From Bilabrum cf. latius (Eukaryota), in assembly GCA_965178125.1 (NCBI GenBank), contig OZ237757.1:1-64000 (forward strand): DNA of 64,000 bases, read 5' to 3'. How positions within the stretch are numbered: the first letter of the stretch is position 1; each line of letters opens with the position of its first letter. Below the pieces are notes generated by a model. The model ran no database searches. It was not told the origin of the DNA and was given only the letters and a program-made list of their open reading frames with translations. Below, piece by piece: positions 50,057 to 61,854 of this stretch. Position numbers and translations under genes: made by a program.

Positions 50057-53000
50057 ATGTCGGAGCAATCGCAGAATCCAGGCAATCCCCTCGCTTTTCC
50101 CGAGTTGACTCATGCGAGCATGGTGGATGAGTTGCTGGAGTTGGCCCCACCTGAAGTTTGCATAAATCTGTTGCAGGCAGCTGCGGCAGAAGCTGGAGAA
50201 AGTTCTGCTGTGGCGATGCAGCGCAGGTCGATCGATCGATTGCACCAGCAAGATCCAATTCGAGGCTCAAACAAGCCTTCGCCAAAGGATCCTAGCAATG
50301 CTACATTTGTTGTGTTGCGAAAAGCACTGGGATGGGCAGCTCCCGGCGCCGACGAGGCCGGTCAAGCGTTGCGCAGCTAGCTGCCGAACTCACCCTCTCC
50401 GGATGCCGTCGGGAAAGTGTCGCCACCTGCTCTTGCAATCGCAGTACGAACCGGAAGCTTTCTCGTGTTGGCAGATCTTGCCGTGGCATAGATTCGGTGC
50501 GGTTTGCGTCAGCTGGATGGGCAGGCAGACGGCGCCACATCTCGGGAGCTGCCAATGTCGGACGCGGACCAAGCCGCGATGCAGGCAGCCCTGGGGGAGG
50601 CCCGGCAAGCCATTGTTGCGCAGTCGTCTGCTTCAGAAATCCAATCTGATGCGAGCAGTTGGGCTGCGGGGCAGCAACAGGCCGGCGGGGCCTCCTCCTC
50701 CGCGGGCTCCTCGCAGGCCGGCAGCGGGCAGAGGCAGGCGGCCGCCTCCGCCTCCTCCTCCTCCTCGTCCACTGTGCGGCTCGTGCAGGGCCAGTCCACG
50801 GGCATCCTCGCACTGTAGGCCAGCGCGTCTGGTCTCGTGGGCGGGGCCACCGGGCCGGGGATGGACGGGGGCCGCTCGGCCGCGCTTCAGGCAAGGTAGG
50901 AGGCAGCCATGGACCCGGGCAGGGCTCGTGCATTCGTGACACCCGCGGATAAGGAACGGATCCGGAGTCGAAAATCTCTGTCCCTCGCGGTGTGTTCCCT
51001 GGAGATCCTGGCGCGAGCCATGCGGGGCCTCCTGGGCGCATCCTCGCTGAACGGTCCTCCTGCGGCCAACCCAGACCCTCTCGCGGGACCGCTGCCAGGA
51101 GTTGATGGTGGAGGTGGAGGCGACGAGCGTGAGATGGATCGGATTATCGGGGCGGCCCAGCTGGAAGGGGCCCCGCTGGTCCCCGAGGCTACGCCCGCCC
51201 ACCTGAGCGCGGTGGCCAGGCTCGTTCTGGCCCTTGCCCTGCTCATGCGGGTGGGGGCGGGGCACGGCCCGCAGGCCACTGTCTCGACCCTCAACGCAGC
51301 GATGGCGAGGCACGCTAGCGGTGGGGAGAGAGAGGGGGGCAGCAGGGGATCGCCTGCCTCTGGCTCCGGCAGCGGGGCCGTCAGGTGGGAGGCCCCCCGC
51401 TGCGGTCTGCGGCCCGACGCAGTGGCCAGCGCGGGGGCGGCGGTGGCCGGGCTGGCGGCCTCGGTGCAGGTGGCCGTCATGCGGGCGGCGCGGCGGGCGA
51501 GCCAGGAGGAGGATAGGTTCGCAAGGGGAGTGGGGGGTGGTGCTTCCGTGCAGGAGCTTCAGGCGGGGCTGGGCGCGCTGGGCGAGGCCGTGCGGCAGCT
51601 GGAGCTGGCCTTTGAGGCCGCATTCCGGGCCACAGGGCCGTCCGGTGCGTCTGCGTCGGGCAGCGGCGGCTCTGGCGCTGCCTCAGGGACCCCTGCTCCT
51701 CTGTGTCTGGATCCCGACGCAGACGTGTCTCGAAGGGAGGCGCGCGGGGTGCTGCGCGGGGCGGGGGCGGCGCTGCAGCGACTGGCCCTGACAGTGGCCG
51801 TGCATGCGGGGGGCGCCGAGTCCGCTGGACGACTGGTGCAGAACGTGAGGACGCAGGTGGAGGCCGTGCGGCCGGGGCGACCCATCCCCGGCGATGTGGT
51901 GTCCATGCTGGCTCGCGTCCCAGAGGCCCTCGGGTCTGCCCCCGCGGCGGCTCTCGGCGGGGCGCTGATGTCCACGGCAAACCTGCTGAGCTTCGCTGCC
52001 TTCCGCGGGATCGTGCTGGGGAACCCGAACTGGGACGCGGCCATCGGTGGGGCGGTGGGCGCGGGCGGCAGCGGCGGCGGTTCTGCAGAGGACGCCGCCC
52101 CGGACATCGGGGCCCTGCTGCGTGCTGCCTCGGAGGCTGGGGGGGCCCTCGAGAGGCGAGCCTCGGTGCAGCAGGCCAAGGCCAAGACCAAGGAGCGGCT
52201 GGAGGCATTCGGAGTGGGTGAGGGGCAGGGGGCCTCGCCCTTGGCGCTTGGAAGTGATGATGCCGGGGCGAGCGGGGGCATGACCAGCGCGAACTTTCGG
52301 CTGTTCGCGCTGGACGTGTGGGCGCGCGTGCTGCAGCACCCGAGGGTAGGCACGCGGGTCACCCAGGGCACGATGGACTTCTGCGTGTCGCAGCTCCTCT
52401 TCCATCTCCCCCTCATGCTGGCCCGCATGTCACCTGACATCGCCAGGTCCCACGGCCACGCGCGCCCCCCAGCAGCTCCCACTGTGGGAGAGAAGGCAAC
52501 CCTGGCTGGCATCGCCGCCCGCTGCCTGCACGTGCTGAACCTGACACTCGCCGCTTCGCCCGCCCCGCTGGCCAGAGACGCAGTGGCCCAGTCGTCCCAG
52601 CTAGAGTTCGCGCTGCAGGCCTGCCTGGGCTTCAAGGATCAGGCCATGAGCAGGGGCGCAGACCCGGCCGACTCGGGGCGGTGGACGGACGCCCAGGCCG
52701 CCCTGTCCAGGCTCAGGGTGGGCGCGCTGCTGCTGCTGGAGCGGGCCGTGTTCGGCGCCTTTAGGGATTGGACGGCGCACCCGTCCTACCCCGCCATCCG
52801 CTGCGGCTCCTTGCTCCGCTCCGTGCACGTGATCAGGGCACTCTTGTCCCTGAGGCAGGACGCAGCCAGCCTCAGCTTCTCGGAGGGGATGGCCACGCTG
52901 CGCACGGCTGCGGCGGGCCGCAGGGAGATGCAGAGCGCCAGGGATGCAAACCTGGAGCGCGTCGCGCACCTGCTGCAGGCGGCTGTGGGCGCATTCGGCC

Positions 53001-54739
53001 CGCCCCTGGACGAGAGGTGGATGGCGCTGTGGGCCCCTCGCCTGCCAGGTAGCTCGGGCCTGCCTCCCCTCCTGGCACAGGCCCCCCTGCCCAACCTGCC
53101 AGGGCGCACCGCGGAGCTGCGGCAGGGCCCGCTGGGCGCTGCGAGGCCTGGGGATTTCTTGGACGTGGCTCTGTGCAGGGGCAAAGAGTTGGCGGCCAGC
53201 TCCTCGGGGTGGGTGGTGATCGCGCCCGAAGTAAAGACGGGCATGGTGCAGAGCGCAAGCATGCACACGATCCACCCGCAAGCGGCGGAAGCTGCCAAGA
53301 AGGGCGCCTGGGTGGCGAGTGGCCGGCTGGGCCCCCTGCACACCTTTGCGCCCACGTTCGGTCCCCTGCGGCCTGCCTTTGAGGGCATCCCTGAGGCGAA
53401 GGACCCGAGCATGAGTCCTCTTAGGGGCTTCGGGCACGTGCTGCTGCGGCGGTCCGAGGCGGAGTGTTTCGGCCTGGTCCCTGGCTCTAGTTCGGGGGGG
53501 CGGGCGCCCTCGTGGGGCTAGCCCGGTGACAGCAAGCAAGGGACCCTGCCGCGGGCCCGGCAGCCGTGCCTGTGGGCCGGAAGGTACAGGGCGGTGCAGC
53601 GGGGCCGGGCTGCCCCCATGCCCCCGAGGGGATTCCCGGGGGCCTACGGTCCGCAGGGCAGCCCCGGCCCCGAGCTGGTGGTGCCCCCCCTTGCCTCCCC
53701 CATGGGCATGACCAAGGTGGGCACGCTGGACATGGTGCCCCCCGTGACCGTGTACAGGCCCGTGGCCCCGCCGGGCTACGTGTCACTCGGGTGTGTGGTG
53801 AGCGCGGGGTCAGAGGAGAGATAGCCGCCTCTGGACAGCGTGTGGTGCGTGCACGAGCAGCTCGTAGAGAGGGACAGGGACGCGAGGCCCGCGGGGCTGC
53901 TTGTTCCCTGGCGGCCCGTGGAAGGGGCCCCCGTACCCCAGGCGGGTGAGGGGGACGCGCAGGATGACCGGGCGGCTCTGCAGGTGGGCTCATGCGGGGC
54001 GCGGCCCTTCGAGATCGGGGGGTTCAGGCCGCACCGGCTGCGCGTGGGGCAAGAGCACAGGTTGCTGCGGGTGGGGCAGTCCCAGTTTGTCCTCTGGCAG
54101 CTCCTGTTCGACATGCACCGGTCCGTGGGGCTGCACGGTGTGCCTCAGGCCAAGCAAGCGGCCGAGGGGGCCATGGCCTACAGAGGCCAGGACCTGCTGA
54201 CGCTGACTTTGTGCCTGAGGAGGATACGCGTCCTCCAGTCGGAGCTGGCTCACGCATACAGCGGACCCACCACTGCGTATCGCATCGACGCGGACTCGGC
54301 CGACAGCTTTCTTGTTCTCTGGCGCATGGGGCGCACGGTGATTCGGCAGGGGGGGTGGGAGCGCAAGTTCCCCAAGGCGTGGGCGGGCAGGCCCCTGGAT
54401 CCAGAGACGGCGCAGTGCTGCGCAGAGGCGTTGATCGAGGAGGTCCGCCGCAGCAGGGACAGGGATATGGCTGTTCCTGGGGAGGACTTGGCTCTGTGTG
54501 CCATGGGGCTCGCGGGGGCGTGGTGGGGCGTGCAGGAGGTGCGTGACACGGCCACGGAGGTGTTGGCGGTGCTGCATGAGCAGGGCGCGCTGTGGTCCGT
54601 GGGCGGCGCCATGCCCCTGCTGCGGGCGGCGGAGGCCATGCACGAGGACATCGCCAGGTGCCCTGTGCGGCACCGGCTGGTGGAAAACTAGGGAGGCGTG
54701 GACGTGGCGGAGGAGGCAGGCTGCTGCGTTGCCTCGTGA
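50057..54739 (+). CDS. Large protein (~1560 aa) with Vps62/DUF946-like motif and C-terminal CaaX (CVAS); paralogue of 42034-47847
   Basis: Same-frame pieces joined across TAGs (50378, 50489, 50816, 53519, 53822, 54689). Motif VYRPVAPPGYVSLGCVV...VWCVHEQLV. Ends CCVAS-TGA. Confidence 0.8.
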
Positions 54740-54841
54740 TGTCGGGAGGGGTAGTCTACTGAGCGGTGAGGGTCGGGTGACGAGCGACCGGATGACTGGC
54801 TACGGATGTAAATGGCATCATGGCCACCTCGGCGCACTACC

Positions 54842-55966
54842 ATGGCTGGCATAGCTGTAAGTGATGCTGGTGCAGGCGTCAAAGCATCAGGGGTAACATT
54901 GGAATCCGCGGAGCCCACTGACTTCCTTGGTTGGATTGAAAGTATCAGGTCCGAGCTCAAGCCCCCCGTAGGTGAGCCACAGTCTCGATGTCTGCCCGTC
55001 TGTTGATATCCGTGACTTTGTCATGATTATATCTGAACTGTTTGATTGTACCCGCTGTTCGTAGCAAACAAGCTGATGGCCGCCGGGCAGCTCAAGATCA
55101 TGATTGTGGGAGGACCGAACACTCGCGAAGATTACCACATCGAGGAAGGAGAAGAGCTGTTTCTCATGCTCAAGGGCGATATGTGCTTGGATGTTATTGA
55201 GAAGGGGAAGAAGAGATCGATCGAGATCAAGGAGGGTGAATTTTTCTTGTTGCCAGGCCGGGTGCCGCATTCGCCACAGCGGAAGGCCGATACTGTTGGC
55301 CTCGTCATAGAACGCGAACGGGTAGCCGGGGAGATGGACGGTTTGAGATGGTACGTGCCGGGGGAAGAAGGCAGCAAGGTTCTCTACGAGGAATGGTTCC
55401 ACTGCACCGACCTAGGCACCCAGCTGAAACCGGTGATCGAGCGCTTCTTCGCCTCAGATGCCTACAAGAGCAAGGAGCCCGCTGCAGGGAGCGAGTATCC
55501 ATTGCTTGGATCCAAGGAAACCGTGGAGATCGATGGCAATCTCGCAGTGGGCTCCCCGCGCACGCTAGAGAGCGTCTACGCCGAGCTGCGAGCGGCCTCT
55601 AAATCTCAGACGGGCGGTGCCTGCGCCCTGCTGTGCGGCGAGGGCAAGGGCCCCGGCTCCGAGTTTGTGGGGGAGGCACACGTGGGGGGTGATGAAGGTA
55701 GTCCCACCGAGGGGGCGTTCCGATGGCAGCGTCGGGCCGTGTTGGGCGAGAGCTGGTGGTACCAGACCAAGGGCACCGTGGAGGTGCAGGTCGAGCTTGT
55801 GGGCGGAGAGGGTGCCAAGGACGCCGTGGGGAGGGTGGGCAAGAGCATGACTGTGAAGGAGGGCGGCGTGCTGCTGTTGCCCAAGCTGCCTGAAGGGGCC
55901 CTCGTGACGGCGCGATGGGCACCAGGGGCAGAGGGAATCGTGGTGACGTGCGGAGTGGGCATGTGA
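54842..55966 (+). CDS. HAAO: 3-hydroxyanthranilate 3,4-dioxygenase
   Basis: LKPPV-[intron 54972-55064]-[62 protein letters not shown]. Ends at TGA. Confidence 0.95.
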
Positions 55967-56072
55967 ATCAGATGTGGGATCTGGGTGGTGGGCCGGGCAT
56001 ACCGGGTGAATAGAGCCATATTGGATCTGCGTGTACAAGGCTTTTTGCGAGCTTTATTCTTCAATTTCGCGC

Positions 56073-58223
56073 TCAGTCGTCCTCGTCCTCATCCTCATCC
56101 TCGTCCTCGTCCTCATCGTCATCCTCTCGCTCATCCCCACCACTGGCAGCCGCTACATCCTCCCCCATGTCATTCACGAGTCCAGAGTACCCCGACCCTC
56201 CACCCTCCCGCTTGAGCTCCTCGTTCTCCTCCTGTGCCACCAGCAGAGCCTCCCGCGGGACGGGCCCCAGGTGCGGCCCGAGACCGACGGCCTCCTCGAG
56301 GGCCGCAGGGGACCGAGCCAGATCCCCCAGCAACACAGGCACCCACTTCTCAAGCGTGTCACTCGTCACACCACCACCGAGGCCGTCGATGCTCCCGACC
56401 CCGTACACCCTCTTGACCGTCCCCCCCAGCACGGCCCGCAAGTTGTCCAGCCCCTCGAAATCACCCGCCAGGCCCCCGGCCTCGTGCAGGTCATCCAGCA
56501 CCTCGAGCAAGGGACGCAGCGTGCCTAGGTCTTCCAGCAGCGGCCTGTACGCCTCCAGCCCCAGCCCGAAGCCGCCCTTGCCACCGCCCCGCTTGCCCAG
56601 CCCATCCCCGGCATCGGCCAGCACGTTCAGCACGCCCAGGGAACAAGTCATTTGGCCAGTCAGGGCCTCCAGGATCGCCCGTGGCTCTGCACCCCCGTCA
56701 TCCGTGAAGGCCCAGTTGTCACCGTGGCTGTCCATCGAGTCCATGGCCCGCAGCACGCCTATGGCCCGCTGCAGCGCTGCGCTGGCCATAGCGGCGCACC
56801 TCCTGCGGGCCTGCATGGGCTGCTCCTTGGGAGGCAGCTTGGGCGGCTTGAAGGAGGCCCGGTTGGCCACTTTGCCCATGGCCTCGCAGATGATGTAGGC
56901 CTTGTGGTGGTCCCCGCGCACGGGGTGCCTGTACTTGGCCATCTCCGCGAACTTTCCGTTGACTGCATCCGTGACCTCCTGCCAGCCCTCCCTCACCAGC
57001 GGGGACACCGCCCTGAGTCCGTCCGCCGGCATGAACTCGTTGATCAGCGGAAGCGGGGACTTGTCGTCCTTCTCCTTCGCCTCTTGCTCTGCCCTCTCCT
57101 TCATGTCCCGCATCATCCTCTCGATGAAAGGACCCATGCTGGCCCGCATGCGCTTCTTCGCCTCGTCCTCATCCTCATCCTCGTCATCTGAATCGTCATC
57201 TGAATCTGAATCTTTCATCGCTGCAGCGGCGCCACTCCCGGCCCCCGATGCTGCAGCCTTGCCCTTCCCTTTGCCCTTCTTGCCCTTCCCCTCTTCCTCT
57301 TGCTCCTCGTTCTCTCCCCCTTGCCCCTTGTCCACTACCCCTCGATCAGCAAGCTGCTGCACGAGCTCCGCGATCTTTTGCTCGTTGCGGACCTTTGCCT
57401 TCCTCTGCTCTGCCAGCTCCTCCTGGATCTTCCTCGTCTCCAGCGCCTCCTAGGCCTCCTTCTGCCGCTGCATCGCCTCCACGTCAGGCCGGGAGAACAA
57501 ATGCACCATCTCGCCGTACTCCCACGAGTCCCCGAAGATTCCCTGTCGCTCGGCCAGCAGCAGTGACTACCCCTTCGTCTCAGCCACCAGCTGCTCCGTG
57601 GTCCCTCGGCCCAGGGAGCCCGCCAGCCCGTGCTCGTGGGAGGCCGGGATGCGGAAATCGGCCCCTGTCTCGGGGCAGTGGAATCGCTCGCCGGGTTGTG
57701 TGGGCGGGCTGAAGACGCGAGGCAGCGCCGCATCGGCCTACTAGGAGCGGGCGCTCCTCCCGCCGCTCGCAGCAGGTGACGAGGAGGAGGAGGCGGAAGC
57801 CGAAGAGGAGGAAGCCGAAGAGGAGGAAGCCGAGGAGGAGGAACCTGCAGCTGCAGCAGGCTGGGCGTGGTCTGAAACCCACTTTGGATGAAGTTTTAAC
57901 CAGAGCGAGAGTGCTAGGTCATACTTCACGAATTCGATTGGATCGAGAGCGTCTCTCGGAAGAGGGCCCTGGCAAGGCGCGCGATCCACCCACGTCTATA
58001 GCTTACGCGTGTTGGGTTTCATGGGGGGTAAGTGCATGCCGGATTGCCTGCGAGCTTTTGCGTGTGCGCGTTCCTCTGCCCTGCGTGCTGCCTCTATTTC
58101 CTCGCTACGGCGGACCGATGCCTGAAACTCATCACTAAAAATGTCAATGCCAAGACCTTGCATGATCAATGCTCTGGCTAGCGGGTTCTAAAACAGCTAG
58201 TTATCTGCATCACCTGAACTCAT
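56073..58223 (-). CDS. Hypothetical protein with coiled-coil and acidic tracts
   Basis: Exon 1 58223-58007 (MSSGDADN[TAG]LF[TAG]NPLARAL...), donor GTAAGC at 58006, acceptor near 57872-57845. Further TAGs at 57741, 57738, 57567 and 57450 lead into ORF 56073-57362. Ends at TGA. Confidence 0.65.
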
Positions 58224-58426
58224 ATCTGAAGGACTATACTATGCTTGTAGAATAGTCAGTGGTACGCTGGACAAGTGACACACCTCTGGATTCAAACCGT
58301 GATGTTCCGTAATTAGATCGGGTAATGCGCGGCGCCTTGCGATCCGTTCGCCCCTCTTGGCCGGCTCTGTAGACAGAGTGCCTGGCCCTCCTCGTCTTAT
58401 TGGTTCTCAATTCACATTTGTATTTA

Positions 58427-59721
58427 ATGTCATCTGGAATTAGCGGCTCTGGCAGCAGCGTTACCGTACTGACAGCTACGGAAGCTGGGATCGGCGGGCT
58501 ATCGAATTGCGAAGGCTAGGTGCTTGCGGTGAATAGGATTTCCAGTTAGGTTCTCGAATACGGTGAGTATGTTCTTGACTTTAGCTTCTGAATTGCAGGG
58601 GTTGTAGCTGCCTGAGCAGCAGCGTATCATGCGCCAGTATAAGCCGCCGACATTGTATTCAAGACTGAATTTCAAGTTGCTAGCTTCAGTCGCCCGCCGT
58701 CCGTGCAGACGTAAGAAGCCGTTCTTTGCGCCCGATCGCGCGTACTGGTGGGTGCCCTAGTGCAGCAGTCGTAGGGGAGGCAGGTGGGTCCGGTGCCGAT
58801 CGGACCGGCCTGGTGGTCGCAGACCCGGCCCACGGTGCCTTGCTGGCTGTGGACAGGGACGGTGCCGGCAGAGGAGCAGGGTCTGGAGACGCCAGCGGAG
58901 CAGGCGGAATCTCGGTGGTCGCAGATGCGTACGAAGGCACATCCCTGGCGGGCCCCTCCGCCCTGGCACGCTGCTCGCTCCCCTCCGGAGGTGAGATGCT
59001 CGCTTTCTGCGACGCGGGGGCCAGCGGGGACTCGGGCCTGGACGCTCCCACCGGCTCGGTATTCGTGGTGGTGCCCGACGATGGAGTGGGAGACGGTGGG
59101 TCCGTCCTGCGGCCAGTCTGTCTCGGGGGGCTGGCAGACCCAGCCGCTGTCGCCCTGCTGGCCCCACCCGCAGCTGCACCGGGGGCAGAGGCTCTGACGG
59201 GCGCCGGGACCCGGGCCTCTGCAGGCGCCCTCGCCCCCGCGGGCGCCCCCCTCGCCCCCTTGGGCTTCGTGGCAGAGCGCGGGGCGGGCCGGGTGTGGAG
59301 GTTCTGCGAGGAGCCCGCTGGATCTGGAGCCTTCCGGTTGAGCGTGCTTGGGCACGCGGGCGGAGGGGCGGGGCCCAGCGCCCTGGCAGTTGACGATCGA
59401 CCGGGCCCGGGTTTTGGGACTGTTTTCGTGGGCGTGGGGGAGGCCCCCGCTGCGTGTGCCTTGCTGCGAGCGGGGGGAGCTAGCGAGGGGAGCACAGGAG
59501 CGAGGGTGCTGGCGCTGGACCACAGGGGCAAGGCTGTGGGGGAGTGGGCTGTGCCCCAGCTGAGCCAGGTAACGGGCATGTGCATGGACCCGGATGGGGC
59601 CGGGCTGCTCGTGTGTGGAGCGGCGGCTTGGAGCGGCGGCGGAAAGGCGGCTGGCGGGGACGGATTGGCGGGGATTGGGGCGAGGCCGGGAGACGGGCTC
59701 CTCGTGCGTATCAAGCTGTGA
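58427..59721 (+). CDS. SMP-30/gluconolactonase/LRE-like beta-propeller protein
   Basis: Repeated GPSALA/DPAAVA blade motifs, LAFCDAG, FVAERGAGRVWRF. Exon 1 58427-58562 (two TAGs) and intron 58563-58708 restore the frame. Ends at TGA. Confidence 0.65.
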
Positions 59722-60030
59722 TGCAGCGGTGCTGGAGGTCATATCGCAATGCCGCTGGATGCTTGCGTAGTGAACGGAGTCGGTGACGCCTCGTGATCCT
59801 GGCCTTGCACCTTCGTAAGTTTCATTTTCCTATTCGTTGTTCGGTTCAACGCACTGACCCCACCTTGAGACACAGCACGTCAACATCCCGCCCATCTGCA
59901 CAGCAACGCATGGTGCTGGAGCTTATTCACTTTGCCCCATTCCCATGCACTACCTCCCATCACACCCCACGAGGTCGCCAGCTCTTGTCCCAGCGACCTC
60001 CAGCAAACTACCTTAGCTATCGGGCTACAT

Positions 60031-60410
60031 TCAAGCCTCGATGGGCTTCAAGTAGTACACTCGCTTGGGGAAGTTCTGCAGCCTCTTCTTCTGGCGGGGA
60101 GCCTTGGCGTGGATCTGCTCCTTGGTCAAGCGCCTGCGGATTGCCCGGGTCTTCTTGGCGCGGATGTCCTTGGGCTTGTACTGAGCGCTAGCAAGCTTCT
60201 CGCGGGCAGCAGCCTTCTGCTTCTGGTTGTACACAGTCAGGGCGCGGGCGATGTTCTTGCGTACGCGCTTGATCTGGGCAAGCTTAGCGGGGGCCGCAGC
60301 GTTCACCTGCAGAACCCTGAGGGTGGCAAGCTCCTTGCGCAGCTCTCCCAGGCGAGACTGGAGTGCCTTCTCAGTCAGTTCCCGAAGCTGCTGCGGGCGA
60401 ATCTTGGCCG
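60031..60410 (-). CDS. RPL35: 60S ribosomal protein L35 (uL29), main exon; the start codon is on an unresolved upstream micro-exon
   Basis: LGELRKELATLRV, IKRVRKNIARALTV, YKPKDIRAKKTRAIRRRLT, FPKRVY. CAG acceptor at 60413-60411; a possible ATG-A|GTAACT lies at 60690. Ends at TGA. Confidence 0.95.
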
Positions 60411-61059
60411 CTGCGGTGCTAGTCAAGAAATTGAGGGCAATCCAACCGATGCTGAGATTCTGTGCAATCCAGGCAGCTCTCAGAAACCAGTCTAGCCCGC
60501 GAGATCCGCAGTGTAGCGTATGTCTAATATATTGAAACATATAGGCAGTTGCACAATGCTGGATGGGATTCTGAACAGCAAGACTTGCATGTTAAGGAGG
60601 CAACGAATGAAATACTGCCGAAACAAGGCATGACCTGACAGCAACCACCCAATAGTGCAGCGCGATACAAATCATAATGTAGTTACTCATACGAGTAGGT
60701 CATTAACTTGGAGACATCCTCACCCATAGTACCTGTAGATGCGATTTTGGGTAGAATCCGTGTCTCTGGTTGTATGATCGGATCATGTCTGTTGCGCTGT
60801 AACGAGCTATTTAAGGTATCCAGTCGGCATAGTGAGAAACATCGGAAACATCAACTAGAAGGTGTGAGAAGTAGTCATTGTTTTGTGTATGATCGATTCT
60901 ATGTTTAATTGCAGCAGTTATTGTGGTTTCAGCTTGTTTGCTGCAGATGAGTTTCATGAGCTGGCAGGCCGTGTGGCAACGTGTTTTGCGCCAAACCCAA
61001 TCTAAAAGATAACGACCCTGCGCTCTCATGTTTGCCCAATTTTATTGCCCTGCAGTATC

Positions 61060-61405
61060 ATGGCATCTGGAAAGCCGTCTAGGAGCGAAGTTGACAGCGA
61101 CAACCTGCTCGAGTCTGCCGTGCTGGGCCTGCAGAGCTTTGCTAACGATGCCTCTACTTTCCTCGGCCTTTGCCATAAGGAGTCTCCCGGAATTGACAGT
61201 AAGACTTTTGTCCTATTGATTCGCTGGACTGCTTGCTTTGACAAAGACAGGCACAAGCTTGTCATGTCCCCGATTGCTACCTCTATTTCTTGCAGAGTAT
61301 AGACAGGATCTTGCTGTGACGGCAGTAGGATTTGCCGTAATGGGTGTTATTGGTTTCGGCGTAAAGCTGGTACACATTCCCATCAACAGTCTGCTGCTTT
61401 CCTGA
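61060..61405 (+). CDS. SEC61G: Sec61 translocon gamma subunit (82 aa)
   Basis: FANDASTFLGLCHK... then, after intron 61199-61295, AVTAVGFAVMGVIGFGVKLVHIPINSLLLS. Ends at TGA. Confidence 0.92.
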
Positions 61406-61854
61406 GGACAGCACAGCTGAGGCAAGAGTGCATTGATAGCTGTGGTTGATGTGGAACACCATTCATTGATTGCCCTCTCCATCCAGTCCGCCCAGGCATG
61501 GGACGTGCATCTAGACAACCTACCATACAAAAGTATGTTCAAAGCTCCGTCACGGCACCACTCGCACTCGTAGATCCTCTGTCTAGCTTGGTTGCTAGCA
61601 GTGGGCAGGCACTTCTACCCTTGGCTCCCCTGACGCCTCGTATTTCAGCCTGGCGCACCAGTTCCCTGATTGGCTGGTGCCTACGATCCACACCTCAATT
61701 TCTCAATACAAGCGTGCAGCGGTGTGTGGTGTGCGGCTTCCCTGGTGGCCAACTCGGAGCTGCTACCAATCGCACCTGCGCCTCCGGTCTCGCACTTCCA
61801 ACAGCTTAGAGTAGTAAACCGCTCTAGTGCATATCCTATCAAGCCCATATAAGT

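Noticed and set aside
17332-55966. Vitamin/cofactor gene cluster (MTHFR, SLC19-like, SLC52-like, HAAO)
   Set aside because: The genes are spread over 38 kb among unrelated genes with no shared regulatory signal seen; probably coincidence.
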